A stretch of 64,000 nt of DNA from Clostridia bacterium (lineage in GTDB: Bacteria > Bacillota > Clostridia > Lachnospirales > Anaerotignaceae), in NCBI GenBank assembly GCA_022786605.1, contig JALFWW010000018.1, forward strand, positions 7,558-71,557, in the 5' to 3' direction. Position 1 is the stretch's first letter. The number at the start of each line of letters is the position of its first letter. Position numbers and translations under genes: made by a program. Below, in pieces: positions 16,779 to 27,587 of the stretch. The notes beneath the pieces were generated by a model. The model was not told the origin of the DNA, made no database searches, and saw only the letters and a program-made list of their open reading frames with translations.

Positions 16779-18042
16779 GGGCTTCCCCTCCTTCCTGCAC
16801 ATTTGCCGTCAGTTCCACATCAATGCCCATTTGGGTCAGCTGTCTGAAAAAATGACGCTGTACGGATGTATCCACGAAAGGCGCGGAAAATCCCATAGTA
16901 AGCCGATCCCCATAAGAGCACAGGCACACCTGCATCCGCTTGGTGCTGACAAACACACCAAACTGCCGCAGATAAGGCGCCATTTCCTCGGGCATATCCA
17001 CACGACCGATATTGGAAAAGGCCATGGTGATTTCTCTTGCCGCCACCCGATGGGCAATGTTCAGACTGATGTCCTTCAAAAACAAAGGCACCATACGGGT
17101 CAGCAGGTTATGCTCCAAAGCACAGAGGTCATTGAGCCTTCCTTTGACTTTTTCCTCTGTCAGTTCTTTTGCAAATCCTTCTTTCACCGCGGCGATAACA
17201 GAAGCGAAATCATCAGGATTTTTTCCAAAATCATAGCCCACTGTAATGACAGAGAAAAAATTCCTGGCGGATTCCGACGGGAAATAATTCCGAAGATTTA
17301 CAGGCACCGACAGGTTCACGGGATATTTCTCCGCCCGTTTGGGCATTTGGGCATGGATGGCACGGAGCAGCACACTGCAAAGGAATATACTGGCTGTGGT
17401 GCCATATTCATGGGCTTTTTCCAATATTTGCGACGCCGACGCCGTCCCCTCGATGACACGGATCTGGTGATCTGGCAGACGGATGCCGGAAATATGATAA
17501 GCTTTTTTCACTTTCTGTTTTTCGTATTTCTTCTTCCCTGTATAATACCGTGCGAAACTGTCGCTCATGCGCTCTGGCACCGGCACCGCGTTGCGGAGGG
17601 CTTCTTGGGAGAGGACACCTTCCCCATGTACCTGCTTGATATAATGGATGGTCAGCATCCGCAGAAACGCCAGCGCTCCTGTCCCATCTGTCAGGGAATG
17701 ATAGACCTCCAGATTGATACGGCACCGATAATAGGTCACGGAAAAGAGCAGTCCGTGGCGGTCAGGATGGTACAGCTTACTGCATGGCGGCAGATGTTCC
17801 TCCCGCACCACAGGCTTTTCCCGGCTTTCTTCGTAAAAATACCAGAACAGTCCCCGTCGCAGGGAATAGCGGTAAAAAGGGAAAAACTCCAGTGTTTCTT
17901 CCAATGCGGCCTGCAATGGCGCTTCCTGCACCATTTCCGTCAGTTCGCAGGTGAAGCGAAAAACCTTTGTATCTTCTCTGCTGGTAGTGGATGGGAATAG
18001 CTTCGCCGCGTTTTCCAATCTGCTCCAGTTCGCGCCGCTCAC
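16765..18042 (-). CDS. CoA-dependent acyltransferase (alcohol acetyltransferase/condensation-like fold)
   Basis: HSLTDG (HxxxDG) motif, PVNLRNYFPS, FSNIGRV. Confidence 0.8.
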   Translation of the reverse strand: MSGANWSRLENAAKLFPSTTSREDTKVFRFTCELTEMVQEAPLQAALEETLEFFPFYRYSLRRGLFWYFYEESREKPVVREEHLPPCSKLYHPDRHGLLFSVTYYRCRINLEVYHSLTDGTGALAFLRMLTIHYIKQVHGEGVLSQEALRNAVPVPERMSDSFARYYTGKKKYEKQKVKKAYHISGIRLPDHQIRVIEGTASASQILEKAHEYGTTASIFLCSVLLRAIHAQMPKRAEKYPVNLSVPVNLRNYFPSESARNFFSVITVGYDFGKNPDDFASVIAAVKEGFAKELTEEKVKGRLNDLCALEHNLLTRMVPLFLKDISLNIAHRVAAREITMAFSNIGRVDMPEEMAPYLRQFGVFVSTKRMQVCLCSYGDRLTMGFSAPFVDTSVQRHFFRQLTQMGIDVELTANVQEGGEAHGVL

Positions 18043-18977
18043 AAAGACCCGCCTCCCTTCAAAAATTTCTGTATCCAGCGATAACTTTCCTGTACCGCTT
18101 CAAACCGTGTAGGCAGTGAAAAATACCCATGGAGCCCATCTGCGATACGCACTACGGTCACGTCATTTCCTGCCCGTTTTAGTTCCGCCCCATAAGCCTC
18201 CCCTTCATCTCTGAGGGGGTCAAATTCCGCCGTCAAAATGAGGGTGCGGGGCTGGTTGGTAAAGTCCTCCGCCAAAAGAGGCGCAAAATACGGATTTTGT
18301 CTGTCTGCCGGAGAGGACTGATACAATTCCATATAGTCACAGACCCGTTTGGAGGTCAAAAGATAATCTGTGCCGTTTTCCACCACAGAAGGAAAAGGCG
18401 ATGCGGGGGAATGGTCATTGAATGTGGCAGGATAGATCAAAATCTGCTGTTTCACCTCAAATTCGCCCCGATCTCTTGCCATCTGGGATACCACCGCCGC
18501 CAGATTGCCGCCGGCGGAATCCCCCATGAGTGTGATTTCCTCCGGTTTTACCAGAAAAGGAAAGCCGTCACAAAACAGTGTTTTTGCCACATGATAGCAG
18601 TCCTCCGGCGCCGCTGGGAATTTATACTCCGGCGCCAGACGGTAATCCACGGAAATGACCACCGATTCCAATATTTTTGCCATGGCGGCGCAGACCTTTG
18701 TATAGCTGTTGATGTCCCCAACGACCCAGCCGCCGCCATGGAAAAAGAGGATCACCGGTCCTTCCAGCACTTCTTCCTCATTGGGAAAAAACAGGCGCAC
18801 AGGCACACTGGTCTTGCCAAAAGGCACTCGCCAGTCCTGAAAAAGATTTTTCTCCGGCGAAAGCTGGGCGGAACGAATGCCCTCCAGCCTCCGTTTGATC
18901 TTATATGTTTTTTTTACGTCCAAATCAGGATAGGACAGCGCTTTCAGCGCAGCATGCATCACCTTATTGATCTCCAT
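18039..18977 (-). CDS. HSL-family alpha/beta hydrolase (esterase/lipase)
   Basis: HGGGW, DYRLAPE, GDSAGG, EFDPLRDE, HGY. Confidence 0.92.
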   Translation of the reverse strand: MEINKVMHAALKALSYPDLDVKKTYKIKRRLEGIRSAQLSPEKNLFQDWRVPFGKTSVPVRLFFPNEEEVLEGPVILFFHGGGWVVGDINSYTKVCAAMAKILESVVISVDYRLAPEYKFPAAPEDCYHVAKTLFCDGFPFLVKPEEITLMGDSAGGNLAAVVSQMARDRGEFEVKQQILIYPATFNDHSPASPFPSVVENGTDYLLTSKRVCDYMELYQSSPADRQNPYFAPLLAEDFTNQPRTLILTAEFDPLRDEGEAYGAELKRAGNDVTVVRIADGLHGYFSLPTRFEAVQESYRWIQKFLKGGGSL

Positions 18978-18996
18978 GCACTTCCACCTTCTCTTC

Positions 18997-19191
18997 TCAA
19001 AATTTCCAAATGCCCCGCAGCAGCCACACTGCCAGCGCGATTCCGCCTGCCATACGGTATGCTATGAGCATAGCCTCTCGGGGCTGGGCGTTTTTGCTGA
19101 AATTACCATAAAATATCTCCCAAATCTTCCTTGGGAAAAAGACCATGACCGCCGCAAAAACCACCACAACGATCTGCATCACCAAAAGCAT
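18997..19191 (-). CDS. small membrane protein
   Basis: 64 aa with two hydrophobic segments, fills the gap between araC and the esterase, purine-rich RBS. Confidence 0.5.
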   Translation of the reverse strand: MLLVMQIVVVVFAAVMVFFPRKIWEIFYGNFSKNAQPREAMLIAYRMAGGIALAVWLLRGIWKF

Positions 19192-19203
19192 ATCCCTTCC
19201 CCC

Positions 19204-20100
19204 TTAAATCTTGCCTTTCCGATAAGCGCTGGGCGTAATGGAAAAATATTTGCGGAAGGTCTGGGCAAAATGGCTGGGGCTGTCAAAACCACAGCGCATA
19301 CCCACTTCCGCCACTGGCAGATTGGTTTCCCTGAGCAAAAGGGCCGCCTGAGAAACACGATACCGCAGCAGATACTGCAAAGGAGAAATGCCGATGGTAC
19401 GATGGAAGCACCGCAGACATTCCCGCTCCCCGATATTTGCCGCTCTGGCGATCCTTGCCAAATCCAAAGGCTCATTATACTCTTTCTGAATCAGTTCCAG
19501 CATGCTCTTGAGCCGCTGGGCATCCATGGTTTTCCGGCTGTTTCCACCTTCCACAGGCTTTGTATGGTCATAGAGATTCCGCCACAGACGTCCCAGCCTA
19601 TCCCGTACATCCCATTCATAACCTTCTTCTTTTTTCTCCAGAAAGCGAAGGATTTCTTTGATTTCCGCCAGCATATCCTTCTGCCACTGTTCTTCCCCCG
19701 TCAAAGGCAGCCCCTTAATGCTGCCATAAGCCAACAAAGGAGCGATATATTTTTTCTGAAAAACCGTATCCTGTCCGCCGCTGATGAGTCTGGTATGGAA
19801 TACAGCGGAGCGGATTTTGCCCCCTTCCCCCGCCGCCAGTATGCTGTGGAGCACATTGGCATGGATGAAAGCCCCTTCGCCTTTGGAAAGGGTCCAGCGC
19901 ATGTCCGGCAGGAATACTTCCACACTGCCTTCCGTTACATATAATATTTCCGTTTCTTCGTGCCAATGCCAGGCAACGCCCCCTTTTTCACCGCTGCGAA
20001 TCTGGGTATCATAGCCGCCGCAGGGAAAATCCGCCGTGCCATGGGGACGCAGTTCCATTTGTCTGGGATTGACGTTTACATCACAGGCATCCAATGACAT
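19204..20100 (-). CDS. AraC-family transcriptional regulator
   Basis: Cupin WHWHEETE; C-terminal HTH CGFDSPSHFAQTFRKYFSITPSAYR. Confidence 0.92.
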   Translation of the reverse strand: MSLDACDVNVNPRQMELRPHGTADFPCGGYDTQIRSGEKGGVAWHWHEETEILYVTEGSVEVFLPDMRWTLSKGEGAFIHANVLHSILAAGEGGKIRSAVFHTRLISGGQDTVFQKKYIAPLLAYGSIKGLPLTGEEQWQKDMLAEIKEILRFLEKKEEGYEWDVRDRLGRLWRNLYDHTKPVEGGNSRKTMDAQRLKSMLELIQKEYNEPLDLARIARAANIGERECLRCFHRTIGISPLQYLLRYRVSQAALLLRETNLPVAEVGMRCGFDSPSHFAQTFRKYFSITPSAYRKGKI

Positions 20101-20245
20101 ACTACCCCTCCTGTCCGTTTTTTTATAGTATACGTCTATATATTGATTGCATCAAGCCTTTTCCGGCGGTATTTTAATAGAGTGCGCATTTTCGCGGGCT
20201 GTTTTTGCAAAAAAAGACAGACTGCTTATATTTTGGAGGTATTTT

Positions 20246-21409
20246 ATGTTTTCATTGCTTCTGGCACTGATTTATGTATCGTTCATTTCGCTGGGACTGC
20301 CGGATTCCCTGCTGGGTTCCGCATGGCCCCAAATGCAGGAAAGTCTAGGGGTTTCCCTTTCTCTGGGCGGTGTCATTTCCTTTCTCATTACCGCCAGCAC
20401 CATACTGTCCAGCCTTATGAGCCATCGGGTCATCCAGCGGTTCGGCACAGGCGGCGTCACCATGTGCAGTGTTGCCCTGACTGCCCTTGCCCTTTTGGGC
20501 TTTTCCCTTTCCGACAGCTTCTTTGCCCTCTGCCTTTGGGCAATCCCCTACGGTCTGGGGGCTGGCTCTGTAGATGCCGCCCTGAACAACTTCGTCGCCC
20601 TCCACTGCAAGGCAAAGCACATGAGCTGGCTCCACTGTTTCTGGGGCATTGGCGCCACAGGCGGGCCATACATCATGGGTTTATGTCTGAGCCGTGGCAT
20701 GGGCTGGCAGGCAGGCTACCGCACCATTTCCTTCCTGCAAATGGCATTGACCCTCATTTTGCTTCTGTCCCTGCCCTTATGGAAAAAACAAGAACTGCCC
20801 CTTTCCGGCGGCGAAACCGTCCGTCCCCAAACACCAAAGTGGGGCAAACTGCTGAAACGCCCCGGTGTCAAAGCCGCCCTGACGGCGTTTTTCTTCTATT
20901 CCGCACTGGAATTGACCACAGGGCTTTGGGGCAGCAGTTACATGGTGGCTGTGCGAGGGATTTCCGCCGAAACTGCCGCAAAATGGATTTCCCTGTTTTA
21001 TCTGGGCATCACTGCCGGACGGTTTTTCAGCGGCTTTCTGACCCTGCGTTTTTCCGATGACGCCATGGTGCGTCTGGGGGAAGGTACTGCCATTGTGGGC
21101 ATTATCCTGATACTTTTGCCACTGCATAATCTGTTTCTATGCGCGGGATTGATCCTCACAGGGCTTGGCTGCGCGCCCATTTATCCCAGTCTGCTCCATG
21201 CCACACCCCAGCGGTTTGGAAAATCCCTGTCCCAATCCCTCATGGGCACCCAAATGGCAATCTCTTATCTGGGCAGTACCACCATGCCTCCTGTATCCGG
21301 TTTTCTGTCGGAGAAAATCTCCATGGGGCTGTATCCTGTACTGCTGTTGGTATTTGCTCTCTCCATGACCATCCTGACGGAAAAAAGCAGACACTGCTAT
21401 GTGGAATAA
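20246..21409 (+). CDS. MFS transporter
   Basis: ATG 20246 after GGAGG; GLPDSLLGSAWP, GAGSVDAALN; about 12 TM; divergent from araC. Confidence 0.88.
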   Translation: MFSLLLALIYVSFISLGLPDSLLGSAWPQMQESLGVSLSLGGVISFLITASTILSSLMSHRVIQRFGTGGVTMCSVALTALALLGFSLSDSFFALCLWAIPYGLGAGSVDAALNNFVALHCKAKHMSWLHCFWGIGATGGPYIMGLCLSRGMGWQAGYRTISFLQMALTLILLLSLPLWKKQELPLSGGETVRPQTPKWGKLLKRPGVKAALTAFFFYSALELTTGLWGSSYMVAVRGISAETAAKWISLFYLGITAGRFFSGFLTLRFSDDAMVRLGEGTAIVGIILILLPLHNLFLCAGLILTGLGCAPIYPSLLHATPQRFGKSLSQSLMGTQMAISYLGSTTMPPVSGFLSEKISMGLYPVLLLVFALSMTILTEKSRHCYVE

Positions 21410-21553
21410 CGCAAAAAAATCTGAATATCAAAAACTGTGTTGAGAAAAAATAAACTTTCTAAAAATACGAAAAGCCAGAATTCTCTGTATTGCAGAGATT
21501 CTGGCTTTCTTTATTCTCTTATGCTGAAGCCCGAAAACGGACTTTTTTATGTA

Positions 21554-22543
21554 TCATTCGGATTTTCCCGCTCTTGTCATCAATTCCAGTACGGCTGTCT
21601 GGGTATCTTTCCCATGGAACAGCACGTCATTGATGGCCTGTGTGATGGGCAGGTCAACATGGTATTTTTCCGCCAGATGACAAGCCGCCTGTACAGTGTT
21701 GACACCTTCTACAACCATTTTGACTTCTGCCAGTGTTTCTTCCAAGCTCTTGCCCTGTCCCAGCAGGATACCTGCCCGGCGGTTACGGGAGTGCATACTG
21801 GTACAAGTAACGATAAGGTCACCGATGCCGGAAAGACCAGCGAATGTTTCCGCTTTGCCGCCCATGGCAATGCCCAGACGCTTCATTTCCGCAATGCCTC
21901 TTGTCATGAGAGCCGCTTTGCTGTTGTCCCCAAAGCCCAGACCGTCGTTCATACCTGCCGCCAGTGCCATGACGTTTTTCAGGGCCGCCCCCATTTCCAC
22001 GCCAATGACATCTGTGCTGGTGTAAATGCGGAATTTGGGATTCATGAATTCTTTCTGCACCATTTTTGCCACTTCTTCATTTTCTGAAGCAATGAGGCAT
22101 GTGGTGGGGATTTCTCTCGCCACTTCTTCCGCATGGCTGGGACCGGACAGCACACATACTTCGCACTGGGGCACACATTCCTGGATGACCTGAGAAAGAC
22201 GCAGCAGACTGCCGTCCTCCAGACCTTTTGCCACATTGACGATGACAGTGCCTGCTTTGAAATAAGGCGCAAAATCCGTCATGGTCTGGCGCACCGCACG
22301 GGAAGGCACAGCGGAAATAACGATTTCCGCACCCTCCAGAGCCGCTGTACGGTCTGTGGTGGCTGTCAGTGTTTCCGGCAATGTAACGCCGGGAAGATAT
22401 TTTCCGTTGGTGTGTTTGCTATTGATTTCGTCCACAGCTGCCTGACTTCTTGCCCAAATCTTCACCTGATGGTCATACTTGGTCAGAATGATGGCAAGGG
22501 CTGTGCCCCAACTGCCGGAACCGATTACCGCTACATTTTTCAT
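21554..22543 (-). CDS. gpsA: NAD(P)H-dependent glycerol-3-phosphate dehydrogenase
   Basis: GSGSWGTALA, SGPSHAEE, GAALKNV, GIGDLIVTCTSMHSRN. Confidence 0.96.
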   Translation of the reverse strand: MKNVAVIGSGSWGTALAIILTKYDHQVKIWARSQAAVDEINSKHTNGKYLPGVTLPETLTATTDRTAALEGAEIVISAVPSRAVRQTMTDFAPYFKAGTVIVNVAKGLEDGSLLRLSQVIQECVPQCEVCVLSGPSHAEEVAREIPTTCLIASENEEVAKMVQKEFMNPKFRIYTSTDVIGVEMGAALKNVMALAAGMNDGLGFGDNSKAALMTRGIAEMKRLGIAMGGKAETFAGLSGIGDLIVTCTSMHSRNRRAGILLGQGKSLEETLAEVKMVVEGVNTVQAACHLAEKYHVDLPITQAINDVLFHGKDTQTAVLELMTRAGKSE

Positions 22544-22559
22544 AACAAACTCCCCTTCC

Positions 22560-23171
22560 TCAGACTTTCTTTGTCAAAGTAAACTTGTTTTCATTGCCCG
22601 CGCGCAGTCTTCCAATATTCGCCCGATGCTGCCACAAAGCCAGAATGGTCAGCCCTGTCAGCACCAGCGCCCCTTCCAGAGGCAGACGGAAGAAAAAGGC
22701 ACAAATGGGAATGGCAATGGAAAAGAGCATAGACCCCAGAGAAATATAACCGGACAATGCCACTGCCACAATGCCGATGGCAAAGGAAATGAGCAGCAAG
22801 GGCATAGATTCCGTAAAACCAATACAAAAAACCATACCGATGGTAGCAGCAATGCCTTTGCCGCCTTTGAAATGCAGGTAAAAAGGAAAATCATGTCCTA
22901 AGATTGTACCTGCGCAGGCATAAATCCCTGCCAGAATCCCCATATCCGGGAACAGCCATCTGGCAATGATGAAGCTTACGACCCCTTTTAAAATATCCCC
23001 GATGAATGTGACCGCTCCCGCTTTAAAACCCAGCACACGCAGGGCATTGGTGGTGCCCAGATTGCCGCTGCCTTTTTTGCTCAGGTCTGTTTTGCAGAGC
23101 TTGCCCATGATGAACGCCGTCTGGATACAGCCGATGAAGTACCCGATGGCAATACAAATCAGTCGAAACAT
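22560..23171 (-). CDS. plsY: glycerol-3-phosphate acyltransferase
   Basis: GSGNLGTTNALR, GHDFP, FKGGKGIA, HRANIGRL. Confidence 0.95.
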   Translation of the reverse strand: MFRLICIAIGYFIGCIQTAFIMGKLCKTDLSKKGSGNLGTTNALRVLGFKAGAVTFIGDILKGVVSFIIARWLFPDMGILAGIYACAGTILGHDFPFYLHFKGGKGIAATIGMVFCIGFTESMPLLLISFAIGIVAVALSGYISLGSMLFSIAIPICAFFFRLPLEGALVLTGLTILALWQHRANIGRLRAGNENKFTLTKKV

Positions 23172-23172
23172 A

Positions 23173-24498
23173 TCAATCCTTATCCCCTTTTTCTCTTACG
23201 ATAAAATGAATGGGTGTGCCCACAAAACCGAAGGCTTCCCGCAGCTGGTTTTCGATATATCTGCGGTAAGAGAAGTGGAACAGTTCCCGTTCGTTGACGA
23301 AAATGACAAAGGTAGGGGGTTTTACGGATACCTGTGTCATGTAGTACAGACGCAGCTGACGGCCTTTGTCCGCGGGGGGCTGCTGCATGGCTGTTGCTTC
23401 AATGAGCACTTCATTCAGAACACCGGTGCTGATACGCAGGGCATGGTTTTCGTTTACGGTCTTAATCAATTCCAGCAGACGGTTCACACGCTGACCTGTA
23501 TGAGCGGAAATGAACACTCTGGGGGCATAAGGCATGTACGCCAGTTCATTGCCGATGTCCTTCAGGTATTTATTCATGGTCTTATCATCTTTTTCGATGG
23601 AATCCCATTTGTTTACGGCAACGATAGCCGCTTTCCCTCTTTCGTGAGCAATGCCGGCAATCTTTGTATCCTGATCGGTGATGCCTTCGTTGGCGTCAAT
23701 GACCAAAATGGCAACGTCACAGCGTTCTACGGCAGCAACGGCACGGATGATGCTGAAACGCTCGATTTCTTCTTTGATCTTGCTTTTCCGGCGCATACCA
23801 GCGGTGTCGATGAACACATATTTCTGACCATCCACTTCAATGGGAGAGTCAATGGCGTCACGGGTGGTGCCGGGAATGTTGCTGACGATGAGTCTGTCTT
23901 CTCCCAGAATCTTGTTGATGAGGGAGGACTTGCCTACGTTAGGTTTGCCGATGATGGCAACTTTGATGGCGTCATCTTCTTCCTGATTATCGCTGTCCTC
24001 AGGGAAGTGGGCGATGACTTCATCCAGCATATCCCCCAGACCCAGTGCCTGACCTGCGGAAATGGGCATGGGATCGCCGATGGCAAGTTCATAAAATTCG
24101 TAAATATCCATGGTGTCGCGCTTTACGCTGTCCACTTTGTTGACAGCCAGCACAACGGGTTTTTTGGTGCGGCGCAGTTTGTTTGCCACCTGACGGTCGT
24201 CGTCAGTCACGCCTGCTTTTACGTCTGTGACAAACAGGATCACGTCAGCGGTTTCAATGGCGATTTCCGCCTGCTGCAAAATCTGTTTCTGAATGATTTC
24301 TTCAGAACCGATTTCCATACCGCCGGTATCGATGAGTGTAAATTTGTGATTCAGCCATTCTACGTCTGCGTAGATTCTGTCACGTGTTACGCCGGGGGTA
24401 TCCTGTACGATGGAAATGCGTTCGCCCGCCAGCCTGTTGAAAAGGGTGGACTTGCCCACATTGGGACGTCCCACCACTGCTACGATGGGTTTGCTCAT
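23173..24498 (-). CDS. der: ribosome biogenesis GTPase Der (EngA)
   Basis: Two G domains ([16 protein letters not shown]) and KH-like C-terminus; start MSKP at 24498. Confidence 0.97.
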   Translation of the reverse strand: MSKPIVAVVGRPNVGKSTLFNRLAGERISIVQDTPGVTRDRIYADVEWLNHKFTLIDTGGMEIGSEEIIQKQILQQAEIAIETADVILFVTDVKAGVTDDDRQVANKLRRTKKPVVLAVNKVDSVKRDTMDIYEFYELAIGDPMPISAGQALGLGDMLDEVIAHFPEDSDNQEEDDAIKVAIIGKPNVGKSSLINKILGEDRLIVSNIPGTTRDAIDSPIEVDGQKYVFIDTAGMRRKSKIKEEIERFSIIRAVAAVERCDVAILVIDANEGITDQDTKIAGIAHERGKAAIVAVNKWDSIEKDDKTMNKYLKDIGNELAYMPYAPRVFISAHTGQRVNRLLELIKTVNENHALRISTGVLNEVLIEATAMQQPPADKGRQLRLYYMTQVSVKPPTFVIFVNERELFHFSYRRYIENQLREAFGFVGTPIHFIVREKGDKD

Positions 24499-24756
24499 TT
24501 GTTTTCCTCCAACTCTATGTTCATTGTTTTTCATTTTCATACAGAAAGGGGCATACGCCCCCACTTTCACATTCTATGTATTATAGCATAAATAAGGCGG
24601 TACATACAATACTTTCCCACATTTGAGGGCTTTTTCACAAAATTTTTACGCAAAAAAGCCCCCTTGTCCACGCCAGAACAACAAAAACAGCCTCAAACGC
24701 CCTTTGAAAAGCGAAAAAGGCGCAAAATCCAAAGATTTCACGCCCTTCTGTCTTTT

Positions 24757-25563
24757 TTACAGCAGTGTCATGACCCCAGCCATAACGCCTCTTTCTTCCC
24801 GCATTTTCCGATGGGAGTAAAACCGCTGGGTATCACACATGGTGCAAAGACCGGAAATCTCAATGTTTTCCACGCCCATTTCCGCCAGCAGTCTGCGGTT
24901 GGTTTCCCACAGGTCGATTTTGTATTTGCCTTCTTCTGTGTGGTCGTCAAAAATGATGTCATCGGCAAAGGCAATCTGTTTGCGGAACAGATTCACCACA
25001 GGGTCATCCACCTGGAAACAGCATTTCCCAATAGAGGGACCAATGGCTGCCACAATATCCTTGGGGTTTGTGCCGTATGCCGCCATCATTTCCTGCAAGA
25101 TTTTTTCTGCCATACGGTCGGCAGTGCCTTTCCAGCCGCAGTGTGCCAGACCAATGGCTTTGTTTTTGGTATCCAACAGGAAAACTGGCACGCAGTCTGC
25201 CCCGAAAATCACTAGATTGATGCCCTTTTCATTTGTCATCAAACCGTCGATGTCGTGATAGGTTCTGTCTTTTGTAACGCCGCAGCCTTTGTCCTTGGCT
25301 GTGACTTTCAGTACGTTTGTGGTATGGGTCTGCTGGGTTGCCACAAAAGCGTTTTCGTCCAGCTCCAATGCCCTTGCCAGTATGCGGTAATTTTCCGCCA
25401 CAGGAGCTCTGTCCTCTCCACGGGAAAAGCCCATGTTCATGGTACCGTAATAGCCCGTGCTGACGCCGCCGTGACGGGTGGTGAAGCCATGTTTCACCAT
25501 GCCTGTCTGGGTCAGGTTGTCGAATATGATCAGTTCCAACTCCCCTTTTTTTATGATCTGCAA
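24757..25563 (-). CDS. pgeF: PgeF/YfiH-family purine nucleoside phosphorylase/laccase-like protein
   Basis: HGFTTRHGGVS, QTHT, ADCVPV, AHCGWKG, IGPSI, FYSHR; TTG start after AGGAGG. Confidence 0.9.
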   Translation of the reverse strand: MQIIKKGELELIIFDNLTQTGMVKHGFTTRHGGVSTGYYGTMNMGFSRGEDRAPVAENYRILARALELDENAFVATQQTHTTNVLKVTAKDKGCGVTKDRTYHDIDGLMTNEKGINLVIFGADCVPVFLLDTKNKAIGLAHCGWKGTADRMAEKILQEMMAAYGTNPKDIVAAIGPSIGKCCFQVDDPVVNLFRKQIAFADDIIFDDHTEEGKYKIDLWETNRRLLAEMGVENIEISGLCTMCDTQRFYSHRKMREERGVMAGVMTLL

Positions 25564-25576
25564 GTTTCTTCCTCCT

Positions 25577-26701
25577 TTATGCCTCGAAGGCATTTTCTAT
25601 GTATCGGAAATATTTCTTTCCGTTTTCTTCCAAAATTTCTGCCACATCAAAACGGCAATCTCTGTCCGCATCCCCCGTTTCCGCTAAATACGCCAGTGCT
25701 GTTTCGATGATGTGCGCCTGTTTCCGGCGGTCTACAGCCTCCGCCGGAGTGCCGTAAGCGGTGCTGGTTCTGGTTTTTACTTCCGTAAAGACCAATATGC
25801 CGTCTTTCTGGGCAATGATGTCGATTTCTCCGCTGGGTTTGCGGTAATTCTGAGCAAGGATTTCATAGCCCATTTTCTTCATTTCCTTTGCGGCAAGGAG
25901 TTCGCCTCGATTGCCTGTTTCCTTGGGTGCGGCATCTTCTTTGAGAAAATTCTTTACAAATGTCCGGCGATGGATGGGGCAGATGCCATACTGGGCAATG
26001 CCTGCCAGATGTTTCTGGGAACCGTAACCCTTATTGGATGCAAAATCATAATGGGGATAGAGTTCCGCCATGGCTTCCATCATGGCATCTCTGGTGACCT
26101 TTGCCACAATGCTGGCGGCACCGATGGAAATACTTTTCGCGTCCCCTTTGATAATGCCTTTCTGGGGTGTAGATACCTTTGGAATGGTCACCGCGTCCGC
26201 AAGGATAAAGTCTGGCTGTACTTCCAGTTTGGACAAAGCTTCCCGCATAGCTTCATAAGTTGCCTGCAAAATATTGATCTCGTCAATGCGCTCGTTGGAA
26301 ACCACGCCCACAGCCCAAGCCACTGCCTGTTCCTTGATGATTTGGCAAAGTTCCTCCCGCTTCTGGGCAGAAAGTTTTTTGGAGTCATTGACGCCAGGAA
26401 TCTTGCAGCCCTTAGGCAGTATCACCGCCGCCGCTACCACAGGACCGGCAAGAGGACCTCTGCCCACTTCGTCAATGCCTGCCACCAGTTCAAAGCCCTT
26501 TTCGTAGCACTCCCGTTCATAGGTCAGCAATGTTTCCAGACGCTCCAGCTCTGCCAGATAAGCGTCGTATTTCTTCTGGAAACGAGTCACAAGGCTCTGT
26601 ACCCCTTTGCGGCTGTCAGCGGCAAATTCCGGCAGGATTTCCGGCAGTTTTTCCACGGGACAGCTGTTCAGTATTTCTTTGATTTCCCCAACGGACTCCA
26701 T
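25577..26701 (-). CDS. rnhB: ribonuclease HII fused to a C-terminal YraN (UPF0102) domain
   Basis: GIDEVGRGPLAGP, DSKKL, KGD, ASIVAKVTRD; then in frame GNRGE...GEIDII...FTEVKTR...RFDV...YIENAF. Confidence 0.92.
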   Translation of the reverse strand: MESVGEIKEILNSCPVEKLPEILPEFAADSRKGVQSLVTRFQKKYDAYLAELERLETLLTYERECYEKGFELVAGIDEVGRGPLAGPVVAAAVILPKGCKIPGVNDSKKLSAQKREELCQIIKEQAVAWAVGVVSNERIDEINILQATYEAMREALSKLEVQPDFILADAVTIPKVSTPQKGIIKGDAKSISIGAASIVAKVTRDAMMEAMAELYPHYDFASNKGYGSQKHLAGIAQYGICPIHRRTFVKNFLKEDAAPKETGNRGELLAAKEMKKMGYEILAQNYRKPSGEIDIIAQKDGILVFTEVKTRTSTAYGTPAEAVDRRKQAHIIETALAYLAETGDADRDCRFDVAEILEENGKKYFRYIENAFEA

Positions 26702-26760
26702 GGTTCTTCTCTCCTTTTGCAAAAAAGCCCCCGACTGGAAACCAATCGGGGGTCTTGTTT

Positions 26761-27471
26761 TCAATTAAAATTCATGATCATTTCGTTTGTGGTCACCGTA
26801 TCCCCAATACCATTATTATATACACGGAATACTACACTAATATTATAGATTTTGTCAATACCGGCACGTTTCAAATCACTGTCCCGTATGGTCAGGCGGT
26901 CTGTTTTGCTTCTGTCGCCCAATACCCTTGTGTAAAGGCTGCCTTCCATATCCTTATTATTGACCTGCAGGCTATCCAGCCAAACGGTCTGCTCCAAGTC
27001 ACTGTTATTGGTGAATTTAAAATCCACTTCAATGCCGTCTGTATAGCCGGCGGATTCTCTGACGCCCGTACACTGGATTTTCATATTATTGACATTGGTA
27101 CTGGGTTTTCTGGAAAGTTTCCCCAGTCTGCTGTCATTATCGGAAGCCGTTTCTTCCGGCTGTTCCGGTTCCTTTTCCAGTTCTTTTTGTTCCGTTTCCC
27201 CTAAGATAACGGTTTTGGAAGGGGCATCCCATGTGACGGTTTTCCCGACAGCTTCCCCAACGGCACGAACAGGCAGATATGTGGTCCCTTCATAGATAAA
27301 AGGCTCTTTGTCTGTGCGCAGTTCTTCTCCGTCCACAACGATTTTAATATTGTTGAACATGACAGGAATGTCCATATTCGCCACTTTCGCGTAAGCGGCA
27401 GGCGCCGCGCTCATAACAAGAGCAGCCACCGTTGCCCCAAAACATACATCTTTCATTCTTTGGAATTTCAT
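26761..27471 (-). CDS. secreted protein with copper-amine-oxidase N-terminal (stalk) domain
   Basis: Signal peptide; PFIYEGTTYLPVRAVGEAVGKTVTWD. Confidence 0.8.
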   Translation of the reverse strand: MKFQRMKDVCFGATVAALVMSAAPAAYAKVANMDIPVMFNNIKIVVDGEELRTDKEPFIYEGTTYLPVRAVGEAVGKTVTWDAPSKTVILGETEQKELEKEPEQPEETASDNDSRLGKLSRKPSTNVNNMKIQCTGVRESAGYTDGIEVDFKFTNNSDLEQTVWLDSLQVNNKDMEGSLYTRVLGDRSKTDRLTIRDSDLKRAGIDKIYNISVVFRVYNNGIGDTVTTNEMIMNFN

Positions 27472-27587
27472 ACAAAATGCCCCCTTCTGGATAGAATCTG
27501 TTTTTTATGATATCTGAAAAACAGAAAAATTCTCCCCTATTTTGGGGGAAATTCCAAAAAATCCCTGTGTTATCCTTAAGAAAAATA

